This document shows positions 56,846 through 64,000 of a stretch of 64,000 nucleotides of DNA, one piece after another. The notes beneath the pieces are model-generated. The model was given only the letters and a program-made list of their open reading frames with translations, had not been told where the DNA came from and made no database searches. Each line of letters opens with the position of its first letter. Positions within the stretch are counted from its first letter, which is position 1. Source of the stretch: an uncultured Ruminococcus sp. (GTDB lineage Bacteria > Bacillota > Clostridia > Oscillospirales > Ruminococcaceae); contig CAYXBP010000002.1 of assembly GCA_964463355.1 (NCBI GenBank), positions 77,846 to 141,845 on the forward strand, given 5' to 3'. The position numbers and the translations under genes are program-made.

Positions 56846-57514
56846 TTATAAGCCATATTTGATTTCAATGCGCGAGAGTTTATCATCCACGGGCTTGCGC
56901 ATCAGCCACAAAAACAGTACATTGCTGCAAGCGTATAGCAGTGTGTATGGCAATGCAGCAGCCAATGCCGCGCGGTACATCGCAACGGAGAAAGCCTCGT
57001 ACTGCCACACTACTGTCCAGATATCCATCAGCAAAGAATAAACCACTCCCGTTACACAACCGTAGAGCAGTAACAGCCATCTATACCGCCGCAGCACGCG
57101 GTGTATCGCCCCTGCTCCCCAGCCGATGCCCCCCCACGCCAGCATCTGAAAGACTGTCCATGGACCTTGCCCGAAAAACACATTGGAGAGCAGTGCTGTT
57201 CCTGCCCCGATCAGAAAACCAGATTCCTTGCCCAGATACAGCGCACCGAGGATAATAATCGCAGTGACTGGCTTGACCATAGGCAGCATTCTGCCCAAAA
57301 CCGCCAACGCCATAAAAATCACCGAAAGTACCAGCCTACGCACCCCAATCTCCTTCTGCCCGATGCCGCAAACGAACAGCAGCAATATTAGTGCTGCCAT
57401 CATAAAGATGAAGAGCGCGGTATATTTTGTTGGCAATTGTGCCGATATCCAAACAACAGTGGGCAACACAAGCAGTGGCAGTAGATAACAACAAATGGCA
57501 CGTAAGTGTTTCAT
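56846..57514 (-). CDS. ECF transporter S component (substrate-capture subunit; CbrT-like by context)
   Basis: 222 aa, about 6 TM, with an LSNVFFGQGPWTVFQMLAWGGIG motif. ATGA overlap with the ATPase gene. Confidence 0.75.
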   Translation of the reverse strand: MKHLRAICCYLLPLLVLPTVVWISAQLPTKYTALFIFMMAALILLLFVCGIGQKEIGVRRLVLSVIFMALAVLGRMLPMVKPVTAIIILGALYLGKESGFLIGAGTALLSNVFFGQGPWTVFQMLAWGGIGWGAGAIHRVLRRYRWLLLLYGCVTGVVYSLLMDIWTVVWQYEAFSVAMYRAALAAALPYTLLYACSNVLFLWLMRKPVDDKLSRIEIKYGL

Positions 57515-59133
57515 TGCGATGCACCACCTTTTGGTTTAGCCTTGCAGCAATCCGCCACAGCGTCCACAGTGACCGCATTCTCACATAATCCATTGCTCAT
57601 CCGCCTTGCAGCAGTGGTATAAAAGTAGTTTTGTGAGAAAAAAGCAGTCGGTGATTGCATCCCGATAACCGCACCGCGAAACAGCAAGCCGCAAGTATCC
57701 GCAAAAAGAGCCGCAAATTCCACATCATGAGTTACTGTCAGTATCGCAATGCCGCGAGCGCACAAGCTACGCAAAATCGCACCCAATTCAGCTTTGGCAA
57801 TGGCATCCAAACCCTTGGTTGGCTCATCCAACAGCAAAACCTGTGGTTGCTGCCCCAAGATCTTGGCAAGTGCCACCAATTGTTGCTGTCCGCCGCTGAG
57901 ATCATAAGGGTGCCGCTGCAAAAAAGGGGTCAAATCAAAAGGCAACGCATCCACCGCACACTGTGTTTCGGCAAGTTCCTCAGCAACTGTGTTCCGTGCA
58001 AAGAGCATCTGAACATTTTGCGGCAGCATGGCAAGGCAGTTGTGATACAGATCCCCACCCTTATATTTACCAATCGGCTTTTGCAGCACAGTAATTTTGC
58101 CACAATATGGCCGCAGCAGACCAGCAGCATTTTTTAACAGGGTCGATTTTCCTGCACCATTATCCCCCAGCAAACAAATCCATTGCCCACGATGCAGCGT
58201 CAAATCACAGCCATGCAGAATATCTTCCGCACTGCGCTCGTATCGAAAGCAAATATCTTTCAGTGAGAGTGCCTCGTCCCCAAAAACCTTTTGCAAGGGC
58301 AGCTGCCCATTGCACAGTGTAAAATGTTGTTGTAGATATGCCTTGCCCTCTGCCACAGAGAGCGGTGTATGCTCCTGCATTTTCGGCAATTGGTGATACA
58401 GTCGCACAGCTGCGGGCATGGCACCTGCCATTGGGTGATGAGCAGGCAAAGCCGATAGCACTGCACGAGGTGTGCCAAAGGCAGCGATTTCCCCTTTTTC
58501 CAGCAACAACATGGCAGTAGATGCAGCAATTGCCTCCTCCAGACGATGCTCCGTCAGCAAAATTGTCAACGAAAAGTCCCGATGCAGCCGTTCCAGAGTC
58601 GCCATAAAAGCGGCAGCAGCAATGGGGTCAAGCTGCGCAGTCGGCTCATCCAGAATCAGCACCCTGGGCTGCATCACCATCACCGAAGCAAGATGCAAAA
58701 GCTGTTTTTGTCCGCCCGAAAGGCTTGATGTGTCGCAGTTGTATTGATCCGTCATGCCAAAGTACGATACCATCTCTGCCACACGAACGCGGATCTCATC
58801 AGGGGGCGTGCCCAGATTTTCCAGCCCGAATGCCAACTCATGCCATACACGGTCGGTCACAATCTGTTCTTCAGGATGCTGAGATACAAACCCAACCATT
58901 TCGGGCGGTACCTCCTTGATGGGTGCATCGCCGAGCAAAATATCACCCGAACAGCTGCCCTTTGGTGTCAGCTGAGGTTTCAGCAACCGCAGCAGTGTGG
59001 TTTTACCGCAGCCTGTTTCGCCGCAAATGGTCAGAAATGCACCTTCCTCCACCGCAAAAGAAATGTTACGCAAGGCTGGCGTATCCGCTACAGGATACGA
59101 AAAGTTCACATTACGGAACGCAAGTGTCGCCAT
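57511..59133 (-). CDS. ecfA: Fused tandem ECF/ABC ATPase (EcfA-EcfA')
   Basis: Two Walker A motifs (GETGCGKTT, GDNGAGKST) and two signatures (LSGGQKQ, LSGGQQQ). Confidence 0.88.
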   Translation of the reverse strand: MATLAFRNVNFSYPVADTPALRNISFAVEEGAFLTICGETGCGKTTLLRLLKPQLTPKGSCSGDILLGDAPIKEVPPEMVGFVSQHPEEQIVTDRVWHELAFGLENLGTPPDEIRVRVAEMVSYFGMTDQYNCDTSSLSGGQKQLLHLASVMVMQPRVLILDEPTAQLDPIAAAAFMATLERLHRDFSLTILLTEHRLEEAIAASTAMLLLEKGEIAAFGTPRAVLSALPAHHPMAGAMPAAVRLYHQLPKMQEHTPLSVAEGKAYLQQHFTLCNGQLPLQKVFGDEALSLKDICFRYERSAEDILHGCDLTLHRGQWICLLGDNGAGKSTLLKNAAGLLRPYCGKITVLQKPIGKYKGGDLYHNCLAMLPQNVQMLFARNTVAEELAETQCAVDALPFDLTPFLQRHPYDLSGGQQQLVALAKILGQQPQVLLLDEPTKGLDAIAKAELGAILRSLCARGIAILTVTHDVEFAALFADTCGLLFRGAVIGMQSPTAFFSQNYFYTTAARRMSNGLCENAVTVDAVADCCKAKPKGGASQ

Positions 59134-59996
59134 CGGTACACCTCCATGATCTCAGCTACCGCAGGATACAGGCAAAGCAGCCCATAGGCAAGATATGCTG
59201 CCACAGCATACAAATTCGCAGGGCACATTTTCCAGCGAGGATAGAACTGCACGGTCAGTACACCGCTGCCCCAAGCAAACAATATCAACGATATCAGCAG
59301 TAAAACTACCCCAAGGTGCAGACCATCTCGCCACCGAAAACGATACTCCGCAAGCTGGGTTCGCTTAACCGTGCCATAACAACGTGCAGCCATACTATCC
59401 GCCGTGATAATGCCGTTTTCGATCGCCCAAGAAAGCGTTGCGGAAAAAATATGCAGGTTTTCGGCAATGCGGTAGATGGGGTTATCCTCCTGTGCAAGCC
59501 CCGCAGCGCATCTTGCTTCGCGTATCTGCCGCATAATCTGTGACAGTCTTGCCGATTGCCGCAACCCCATGGAAAAAACCAGTGCCAACTGTGGAGAAAT
59601 TCCACCAAGCATACAAAAAACACGCTCTGCGGTCATATGGGAGGCAAAAAAAGCAAACCACAAAAGCGCAGCAGCAAGCATCAGCCCGGCAACCAACCCG
59701 TAGCAGAGTGCCTCTGCGGTCACCGCCGTATCATTGATAAAAAAGAGTATCGTTTCCCCTCTTTGATTCCATAGAGGATTCAACAACGCCGAAGCAATGA
59801 TCATCACCGCAGAAAGCCCCCAAAGGCGCAGCAACAATCGTTTTTCATGGTATGTATCGGGCAGCAAAGAATACGCCCCCGCCCCTACCAGTGCAATGCA
59901 AAGTAGGACGGGGTTGCGCAAAAACATTGCAATCAGAATCACTGCCAGTAAATGTGCAGCGATCGTCACAGGATGCATTTGCTGCAAAGGGCGCAT
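59106..59996 (-). CDS. ecfT: ECF transporter transmembrane (T) component, CbiQ family
   Basis: MRPLQQMHPVTIAAHLL... is polytopic, with an ARCYG-type coupling-helix region. AAGGAG precedes the ATG at 59996. It overlaps the ATPase start by 28 nt. Confidence 0.8.
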   Translation of the reverse strand: MRPLQQMHPVTIAAHLLAVILIAMFLRNPVLLCIALVGAGAYSLLPDTYHEKRLLLRLWGLSAVMIIASALLNPLWNQRGETILFFINDTAVTAEALCYGLVAGLMLAAALLWFAFFASHMTAERVFCMLGGISPQLALVFSMGLRQSARLSQIMRQIREARCAAGLAQEDNPIYRIAENLHIFSATLSWAIENGIITADSMAARCYGTVKRTQLAEYRFRWRDGLHLGVVLLLISLILFAWGSGVLTVQFYPRWKMCPANLYAVAAYLAYGLLCLYPAVAEIMEVYRWRHLRSVM

Positions 59997-60019
59997 GATA
60001 CTTCTCCTTTCAGCGTCAA

Positions 60020-61729
60020 TCAGGGCACAATATCTCGCCCTAGATCCAGCGTATAGATCCATTGAATGCAGTCACCATCAACAAGAGGCACTTGCCCGCA
60101 CCCCACAGATGCAGTTTCACCATTCACAAAAAACATCCACCCCGAAAGTTCGCCGTAATCAAATTCATACAAATTGGCAATACCGCGAACATAGGCAAGC
60201 GTATCAGAGCCGTCAATCTCCACTTGCAATTGATACTCCTTGCAAGCCAGTTGCAGCGCATCCAACACGGTATCATCCTGTTCAAAATACAGCACGGTTG
60301 GCGGAAGAATATAACCGTCATCGAACTGCGCAGTATACTGACTATCCTCAGGAAGCAGATCACAGCAAATAGAAAAGGTGATGCTTCCAACCGCATTTTG
60401 CGGCGTATTTGCATTTTGATAATGCTGTTCAGGGGATTCCACACGAATCAGATGCACTGCTGCAATCAGCAATGCCGCGATTAGCCCCAACAGAATATAA
60501 TAAAAAAAATGCCGCCGACCTTGCTTCATCAATACAAGTACAGCGATAGCAGCAGCAACCAGAATCGCGGCTGTCAGCACCCATTTCAGCAGATAAGGCG
60601 TGGATTTTCGTGCAAATGTCGATTGTGTGGTAATGATGGTTATGGTGGTTGTTTCCGTCGTAGATATGCTTTCCACGGTAGTACCGTCTTGCAATGTGTT
60701 CATGGTAGTAGCAGTGGCAGTGGTTGTTTCAACAGTAGTAGATGTGGTCATTGCAGGATTCGACTGCGAAACTGTAGACTCTTCTTGCTGAGGAATGGGA
60801 TCGGCAAAGTGATAAAAATCGCCCTTTCCCGATTGCAACATCTCATATGCAACCAATGCAAGATACACCTGCACCGTTGCGATTTTGTTTGCCTTTCCAC
60901 CAATGTTGTGCGAATACATTCCAGCTGAAACAGAAAATTCCTGAATAGATGCATAGAGGTCACAGTATTTCATGAATCTCGCATCATTCAACGCGTCAAT
61001 ACCAAGCAGTGAGAGAGCAATCCAGACCTGTGCTGTGCTTTCTGGATTCGGCGTACCGTAGCTTTGATATCCGCCGTTTTCCAGTTGCGCCCCCGAAAGA
61101 TATTCCACAGCTTTTTCAACAGCAGCTGCAACCGCAGCATTCTCCCGATGAGGTGCGAGTGCCTGTAGTGTCATTGCTGTAACATCCACATCAGCGTTGC
61201 CGCCTGTAACCGTCCATCCGCCATCTGCAAGCTGCATAGAGAGAATTTGTGCTATGGTTTCTTCAGCGGATTTGACACATGGCACCCCGTTATTCTGCAA
61301 ATGCAGACCAAACACCCAGCTCATCAATCCCTGCTGCCCGATGGTTTCATCAAGCAATGCACGCAGTGAATTGACTTCTTCAGGTGCCACTGCAAGATAG
61401 GTCAATGCGCTTCTCTGCCGCGAAACTGCATTGTGGCTGCCCTTTGCAATGACATCACGTAATGCAGTTTCACAAGCAGAAAAATCATACTGGGTATCGC
61501 TATGGGATAGTGCCATGATATACCAGTCCGTGCCGCTGCTGCCAATGGTGGCAGCCAATGGCTCATCGAGCCATTGCTGCACTGAAACCGCGCCATCTTG
61601 TTCCAACTGCGCCGCAAGAATCGAATGCGCGGTTTCAGTGCAGTCAGCGGCACGGACACACCAAGGCATACAGCACCCGAGCAGCAATATGGAAAACAGT
61701 ACAGCAATTGCCCTCGCAGACGATTTCAC
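60020..61729 (-). CDS. Secreted alpha/alpha-toroid (prenyltransferase/squalene-cyclase-repeat-like) domain, T/S-rich linker, TM hairpin, and C-terminal DUF4430 (transcobalamin-like beta domain)
   Basis: Signal peptide MKSSARAIAVLFSILLLGCC. Repeats QLADGGWTV and QLENGGYQSYG. T-rich linker. Two TM helices (LLKWVLTAAILVAAAIAVLVL, FFYYILLGLIAALLIAAVHLI). C terminus ...GELSGWMFFVNGETASVGCGQVPLVDGDCIQWIYT is the DUF4430 pattern. The GTG start overlaps the upstream TGA (GTGA). Confidence 0.75.
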   Translation of the reverse strand: MKSSARAIAVLFSILLLGCCMPWCVRAADCTETAHSILAAQLEQDGAVSVQQWLDEPLAATIGSSGTDWYIMALSHSDTQYDFSACETALRDVIAKGSHNAVSRQRSALTYLAVAPEEVNSLRALLDETIGQQGLMSWVFGLHLQNNGVPCVKSAEETIAQILSMQLADGGWTVTGGNADVDVTAMTLQALAPHRENAAVAAAVEKAVEYLSGAQLENGGYQSYGTPNPESTAQVWIALSLLGIDALNDARFMKYCDLYASIQEFSVSAGMYSHNIGGKANKIATVQVYLALVAYEMLQSGKGDFYHFADPIPQQEESTVSQSNPAMTTSTTVETTTATATTMNTLQDGTTVESISTTETTTITIITTQSTFARKSTPYLLKWVLTAAILVAAAIAVLVLMKQGRRHFFYYILLGLIAALLIAAVHLIRVESPEQHYQNANTPQNAVGSITFSICCDLLPEDSQYTAQFDDGYILPPTVLYFEQDDTVLDALQLACKEYQLQVEIDGSDTLAYVRGIANLYEFDYGELSGWMFFVNGETASVGCGQVPLVDGDCIQWIYTLDLGRDIVP

Positions 61730-62538
61730 GACCGCTTTCTCCTTGTCACCATAACGGCAAGTGCCGCACCAGCAAACAACATCGCAGCGACAGGCGATGC
61801 ATCACCAGTTTCCACCGCAGGAGCAGCAGTAGTTGTGGTTGCAGCACCCGCAACGGACATTTTGCAGCAGGGAGGTACCAAAATCTGCGTATCAGATGCG
61901 GCACTGATGATATGTTCTCCAGCATCGGTAAGCGAAACATCCACCACACCATCAGCATTGGTCTTATACGCACTTTCTTTGCCGTCAATCAGAATTGTCG
62001 CATCTGCTACTGGCAACGTAACAGGATTCCAATTTTCATCATATCCTGCCGCAGAAAGCGTTAATGTCACTGTATCACCGCTTTTCATCTCCACCGTCTG
62101 CACATCAAAATAGCAGTAAGTATCAGAATACATCGTCGTATCTGTGTACACAAATGCGTTGATACGATCACCATCCGACACTGCATCTGCCAAACTCATC
62201 GCAGAAGCATCGTTGCGATAATACCCGTAGCTGCCGCCATTTTCGCAGCCCCACAGCTTTGTCATACTCAAACCGTAATCAGTCAGCTCTGCACCAAAAC
62301 CTGCTGCGCCCTCAGCATAATACGCCTCATGTGCCAAATAAAGCGCGTCGTGAATGGTCAGTGTGCCGTCACCATCGATATCAGTCACTATAACTTCGCC
62401 CTGCGCCAATGCAAGATTTCCTTCTTCGTCGGCAATGGTCACGGTCACGGTGGGTGCTTCGGCAGCAGATACTGTCATTGCTCCCACAGAAAGTGCTGCT
62501 GAAGCCAACAGCGCGGTCATGATTCTGCGTTTCTTCAT
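61726..62538 (-). CDS. Secreted DUF4430-like plus Ig-like domain protein with a sortase-type C-terminal sorting signal
   Basis: Signal peptide MKKRRIMTALLASAALSVGAMTVSA. TVTIADEEGNLALAQGEVIV...GYYRNDASAMSLADAVSDGDRINAFVY is DUF4430-like. The C terminus is PAVETGDASPVAAMLFAGAALAVMVTRRKRS. A GGAGGA RBS precedes the ATG at 62538. Confidence 0.7.
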   Translation of the reverse strand: MKKRRIMTALLASAALSVGAMTVSAAEAPTVTVTIADEEGNLALAQGEVIVTDIDGDGTLTIHDALYLAHEAYYAEGAAGFGAELTDYGLSMTKLWGCENGGSYGYYRNDASAMSLADAVSDGDRINAFVYTDTTMYSDTYCYFDVQTVEMKSGDTVTLTLSAAGYDENWNPVTLPVADATILIDGKESAYKTNADGVVDVSLTDAGEHIISAASDTQILVPPCCKMSVAGAATTTTAAPAVETGDASPVAAMLFAGAALAVMVTRRKRS

Positions 62539-62837
62539 GGTTGAATTCCTCCGTTTTCTTCCTCTTGGCGTAATACGCCTGTATGATGATCTGCCTTGGT
62601 ACGCAAGCGTTTTTGCACTGTTTTGTGATGCCGTGTATCCTCTCTCGGCGGTTTCAGCCCTGCTGATTCCAATGCTCTGCCCCACGGCCCTAACGCTGCC
62701 TTGATATTCGCCACCTGCTGCGGCGCAAAATCACTGCGCCGTGGATACCGCTGCACGCCCTGTTGACACAGCAAAGCCTGCATCTCACACAACAAACGGA
62801 TCGCCTCCTGCTGTTTTTCATCAGCCAAAGTCTGCAC
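62535..62837 (-). CDS. Small hypothetical protein, first cistron of the riboswitch-controlled operon
   Basis: RYPRRSDFAPQQVANIKAALGPWGRALESAGLKPP resembles a repeat common in Firmicutes (homing-endonuclease-associated repeat type). ATGA overlap with the next gene. The start is ambiguous: GTG at 62837 or TTG at 62828. Confidence 0.5.
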   Translation of the reverse strand: MQTLADEKQQEAIRLLCEMQALLCQQGVQRYPRRSDFAPQQVANIKAALGPWGRALESAGLKPPREDTRHHKTVQKRLRTKADHHTGVLRQEEENGGIQP

Positions 62838-62850
62838 CTGCCTTTCTCAC

Positions 62851-63093
62851 AAAATAAAAACGCCCTCTATTGACGCGGCAAACGATCAATAAAGGGACAC
62901 AGCAATTCCACACTGCAACGCGAAAAAGGCACAACTCTCCCGTTACAGATGCGAAAGCGGCTGCACCCTTCATACCCAAAGGTGTCGGCATTATTGCCGA
63001 TTTGCCAACAGTCACGGGGAGTATTCCGACTGTAACGGTAATGGCGGTTGCGACGGATTTTCACCGAACTTCCCTTCCACCGTGCTGTTTGAT
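62851..63093 (-). promoter_or_regulatory. Cobalamin riboswitch (compact aptamer plus long expression platform ending in an intrinsic terminator)
   Basis: Minus-strand RNA: P1 CACGG (63084-63080) pairs with CCGUG (63017-63013). The enclosed core is UGGAAGGGAAGUUCGGUGAAAAUCCGUCGCAACCGCCAUUACCGUUACAGUCGGAAUACUCC, which carries the conserved GGGAA...GGUGAAAAUCC...GC..CCGCC...ACCGU and B12-box-like AAUACUCC elements. The terminator is an 11-bp stem (62896-62886 / 62873-62863, one G-U pair) followed by CGUUUUUAUUUU, ending 14 nt before the first start codon. Confidence 0.7.
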
Positions 63094-63099
63094 GTTGTA

Positions 63100-63128
63100 A
63101 TCTTACCATATTTATCGAAAAATGTCAA
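63100..63128 (-). promoter_or_regulatory. Sigma-A-type promoter driving the riboswitch operon
   Basis: On the minus strand, TTGACA (63128-63123), 17 nt, TAAGAT (63105-63100), with a TGg extension. Confidence 0.55.
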
Positions 63129-63335
63129 GAGCAAAGCTTGCCGTGGCTCTTTTCCTAAAACCGTGAAAAAGCAGAAAGATGTAACGGAACAATGCATCCT
63201 GAAGCTCAGTAAACGAGCCGTAGGAGCGGCGGTTTGTTTCCTCATGCTTGAGATATTTGAAAAAACATTCCATCACAGCTTGTCATAAGGATAGCCTTTG
63301 GCAGAAAACGACTGGATCATACCATAGCGTTCTCC
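63112..63335 (-). mobile_element. IS3-family transposase (OrfB integrase core) C-terminal remnant, frameshifted
   Basis: Three-frame reading gives GERYGMIQSFSAKGYPYD / AVMECFFKYLKHEETNRRSY..ELQDALFRYI / KEPRQALLLTFFDKY. This matches the IS3 pattern ..SMSRKGNCYDNAVMESFF..LK.E...Y.....FEYI..YN..RPHQALG..TP. Stops and frameshifts interrupt it. No orfA and no N-terminal part are present. Confidence 0.5.
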
Positions 63336-63347
63336 TATAACTGCAAT

Positions 63348-63890
63348 TTACTCACCGTGAATAAAATTACAACCGATTTTTCCTTTTGCATACCTAGCTC
63401 CTTTTCGCGTAAAGGGGGAAGCGCAACTGCGCTTCCCCCACGCCTCTGTTGCCTTACAACGTCTCATGAAAAGAAGAGGGTCTTTCTCAGAATCACGGTA
63501 GCTATTCAGCAGAAGCAACCAATTCTCGATATCCGCATCAGACTGGAAGTTGTGACCAATACAGGGTGCCCATGATCTGGTTGCCCATGTGGCTGCACCG
63601 TTTGAGCCTGCAACCGTAATTGCACCGTAGTCAATCCAGTTCACAAGGTCATCGGAAGAAATGCAGTTGATCTGATTGATCTGATTGTAGGTGTTCTCGG
63701 CTATGTTTCCTTCGCTGTCATACTCGACCACATCGTTTGTCATGTAAACGTAAACACGTCCGTTATACTCCATCACACCAGGGTCAGCACCGAAACGCTG
63801 TGTGAAGAGAGGGTTATTTTCACCATCTGCCTTGTAACTGTCAGCAACTGTCACCGTACTGAAAATCTGCTTCATTGCCGCAGTATCCAC
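63348..63890 (-). pseudogene. Truncated glycoside hydrolase family 43 gene (N-terminal ~105 aa retained)
   Basis: NPLFTQRFGADPGVMEYNGRVYVYMTND...SSDDLVNWIDYGAI...SWAP matches GH43 N-terminal blades. Similarity stops near 63570. The rest of the ORF looks unrelated and contains a hairpin (GGGGGAAGCGCA/TGCGCTTCCCCC, 63424-63449). Confidence 0.5.
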
Positions 63891-64000
63891 TTCTTTTTCA
63901 TTATATCACTTCTTACTGGAAAAAACAAGTTCTTGGAGAAAGAATCTATTTGTATGATGGTGTAGAGGTTAATGGCAGGTATCGTATTACAACGAAGGCT

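Noticed and set aside
62821-63245. Small ORFs 62821..63015(-), 62867..63109(-), 62870..63100(+), 63012..63245(-) and 63082..63288(+).
   Set aside because: They overlap the riboswitch leader or are frames of the degraded IS3 transposase remnant. None has an RBS or a plausible composition.
1-64000. A search by eye for CRISPR arrays, tRNA or rRNA genes, prophage or defence-island gene sets, and toxin-antitoxin pairs.
   Set aside because: I saw no direct-repeat/spacer periodicity, no cloverleaf-like or rRNA-like stretches in the intergenic regions, and no nuclease, helicase or methylase clusters. The only mobile-element trace is the IS3 remnant near 63112-63335. Absence is by visual inspection only and should be confirmed with tRNAscan-SE, barrnap, CRISPRCasFinder and DefenseFinder.

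Overview
This 64-kb chromosomal window is about 50-55% GC by eye. It looks like a spore-forming, cellulosome-type Clostridia member, Ruminococcus/Oscillospiraceae-like. That placement is an inference from SpoIIE, a dockerin-bearing PL1 pectate lyase, HydCBA [FeFe]-hydrogenase, glgBCDA and many TGnTATAAT extended -10 promoters. Most genes are housekeeping: rlmH, a YycJ-like MBL hydrolase, murA, two cyclophilins, purL, mtaB, citrate synthase, pheST, rubrerythrin-enolase, glgBCDA, spoIIE, rpmB, scpAB, pdxK, birA, gltX and hydCBA. I saw no rRNA, tRNA or CRISPR array. The ORF track extends ORFs to the most upstream ATG/GTG/TTG, so many starts were trimmed using RBS and homology logic. The track also omits ORFs that run off the window edge. 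Main points of interest: (1) A minus-strand operon (63128 to 56846) sits behind a cobalamin-riboswitch-like leader. It combines two transcobalamin-like (DUF4430) surface modules, an alpha/alpha-toroid domain and a dedicated ECF transporter, and looks like a Gram-positive corrinoid capture and import system. (2) A giant ORF of at least 1408 codons (complement 3..4226) is absent from the ORF track. It has a SHOCT domain at the N terminus and about 120-aa tandem multi-TM modules. (3) A roughly 1000-aa fused ABC-ATPase/FtsX permease has a very large extracytoplasmic domain carrying five MSEEE-type repeats. (4) A VanY/M15B-like protein has all three zinc ligands replaced. (5) A rearrangement scar (truncated GH43 plus a frameshifted IS3-family transposase remnant) lies directly upstream of the riboswitch promoter. 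(6) Terminator-like leader hairpins precede the hydrogenase and DUF3343/cysteine-desulfurase operons. All family assignments come from motif recognition by eye. No database search was run.
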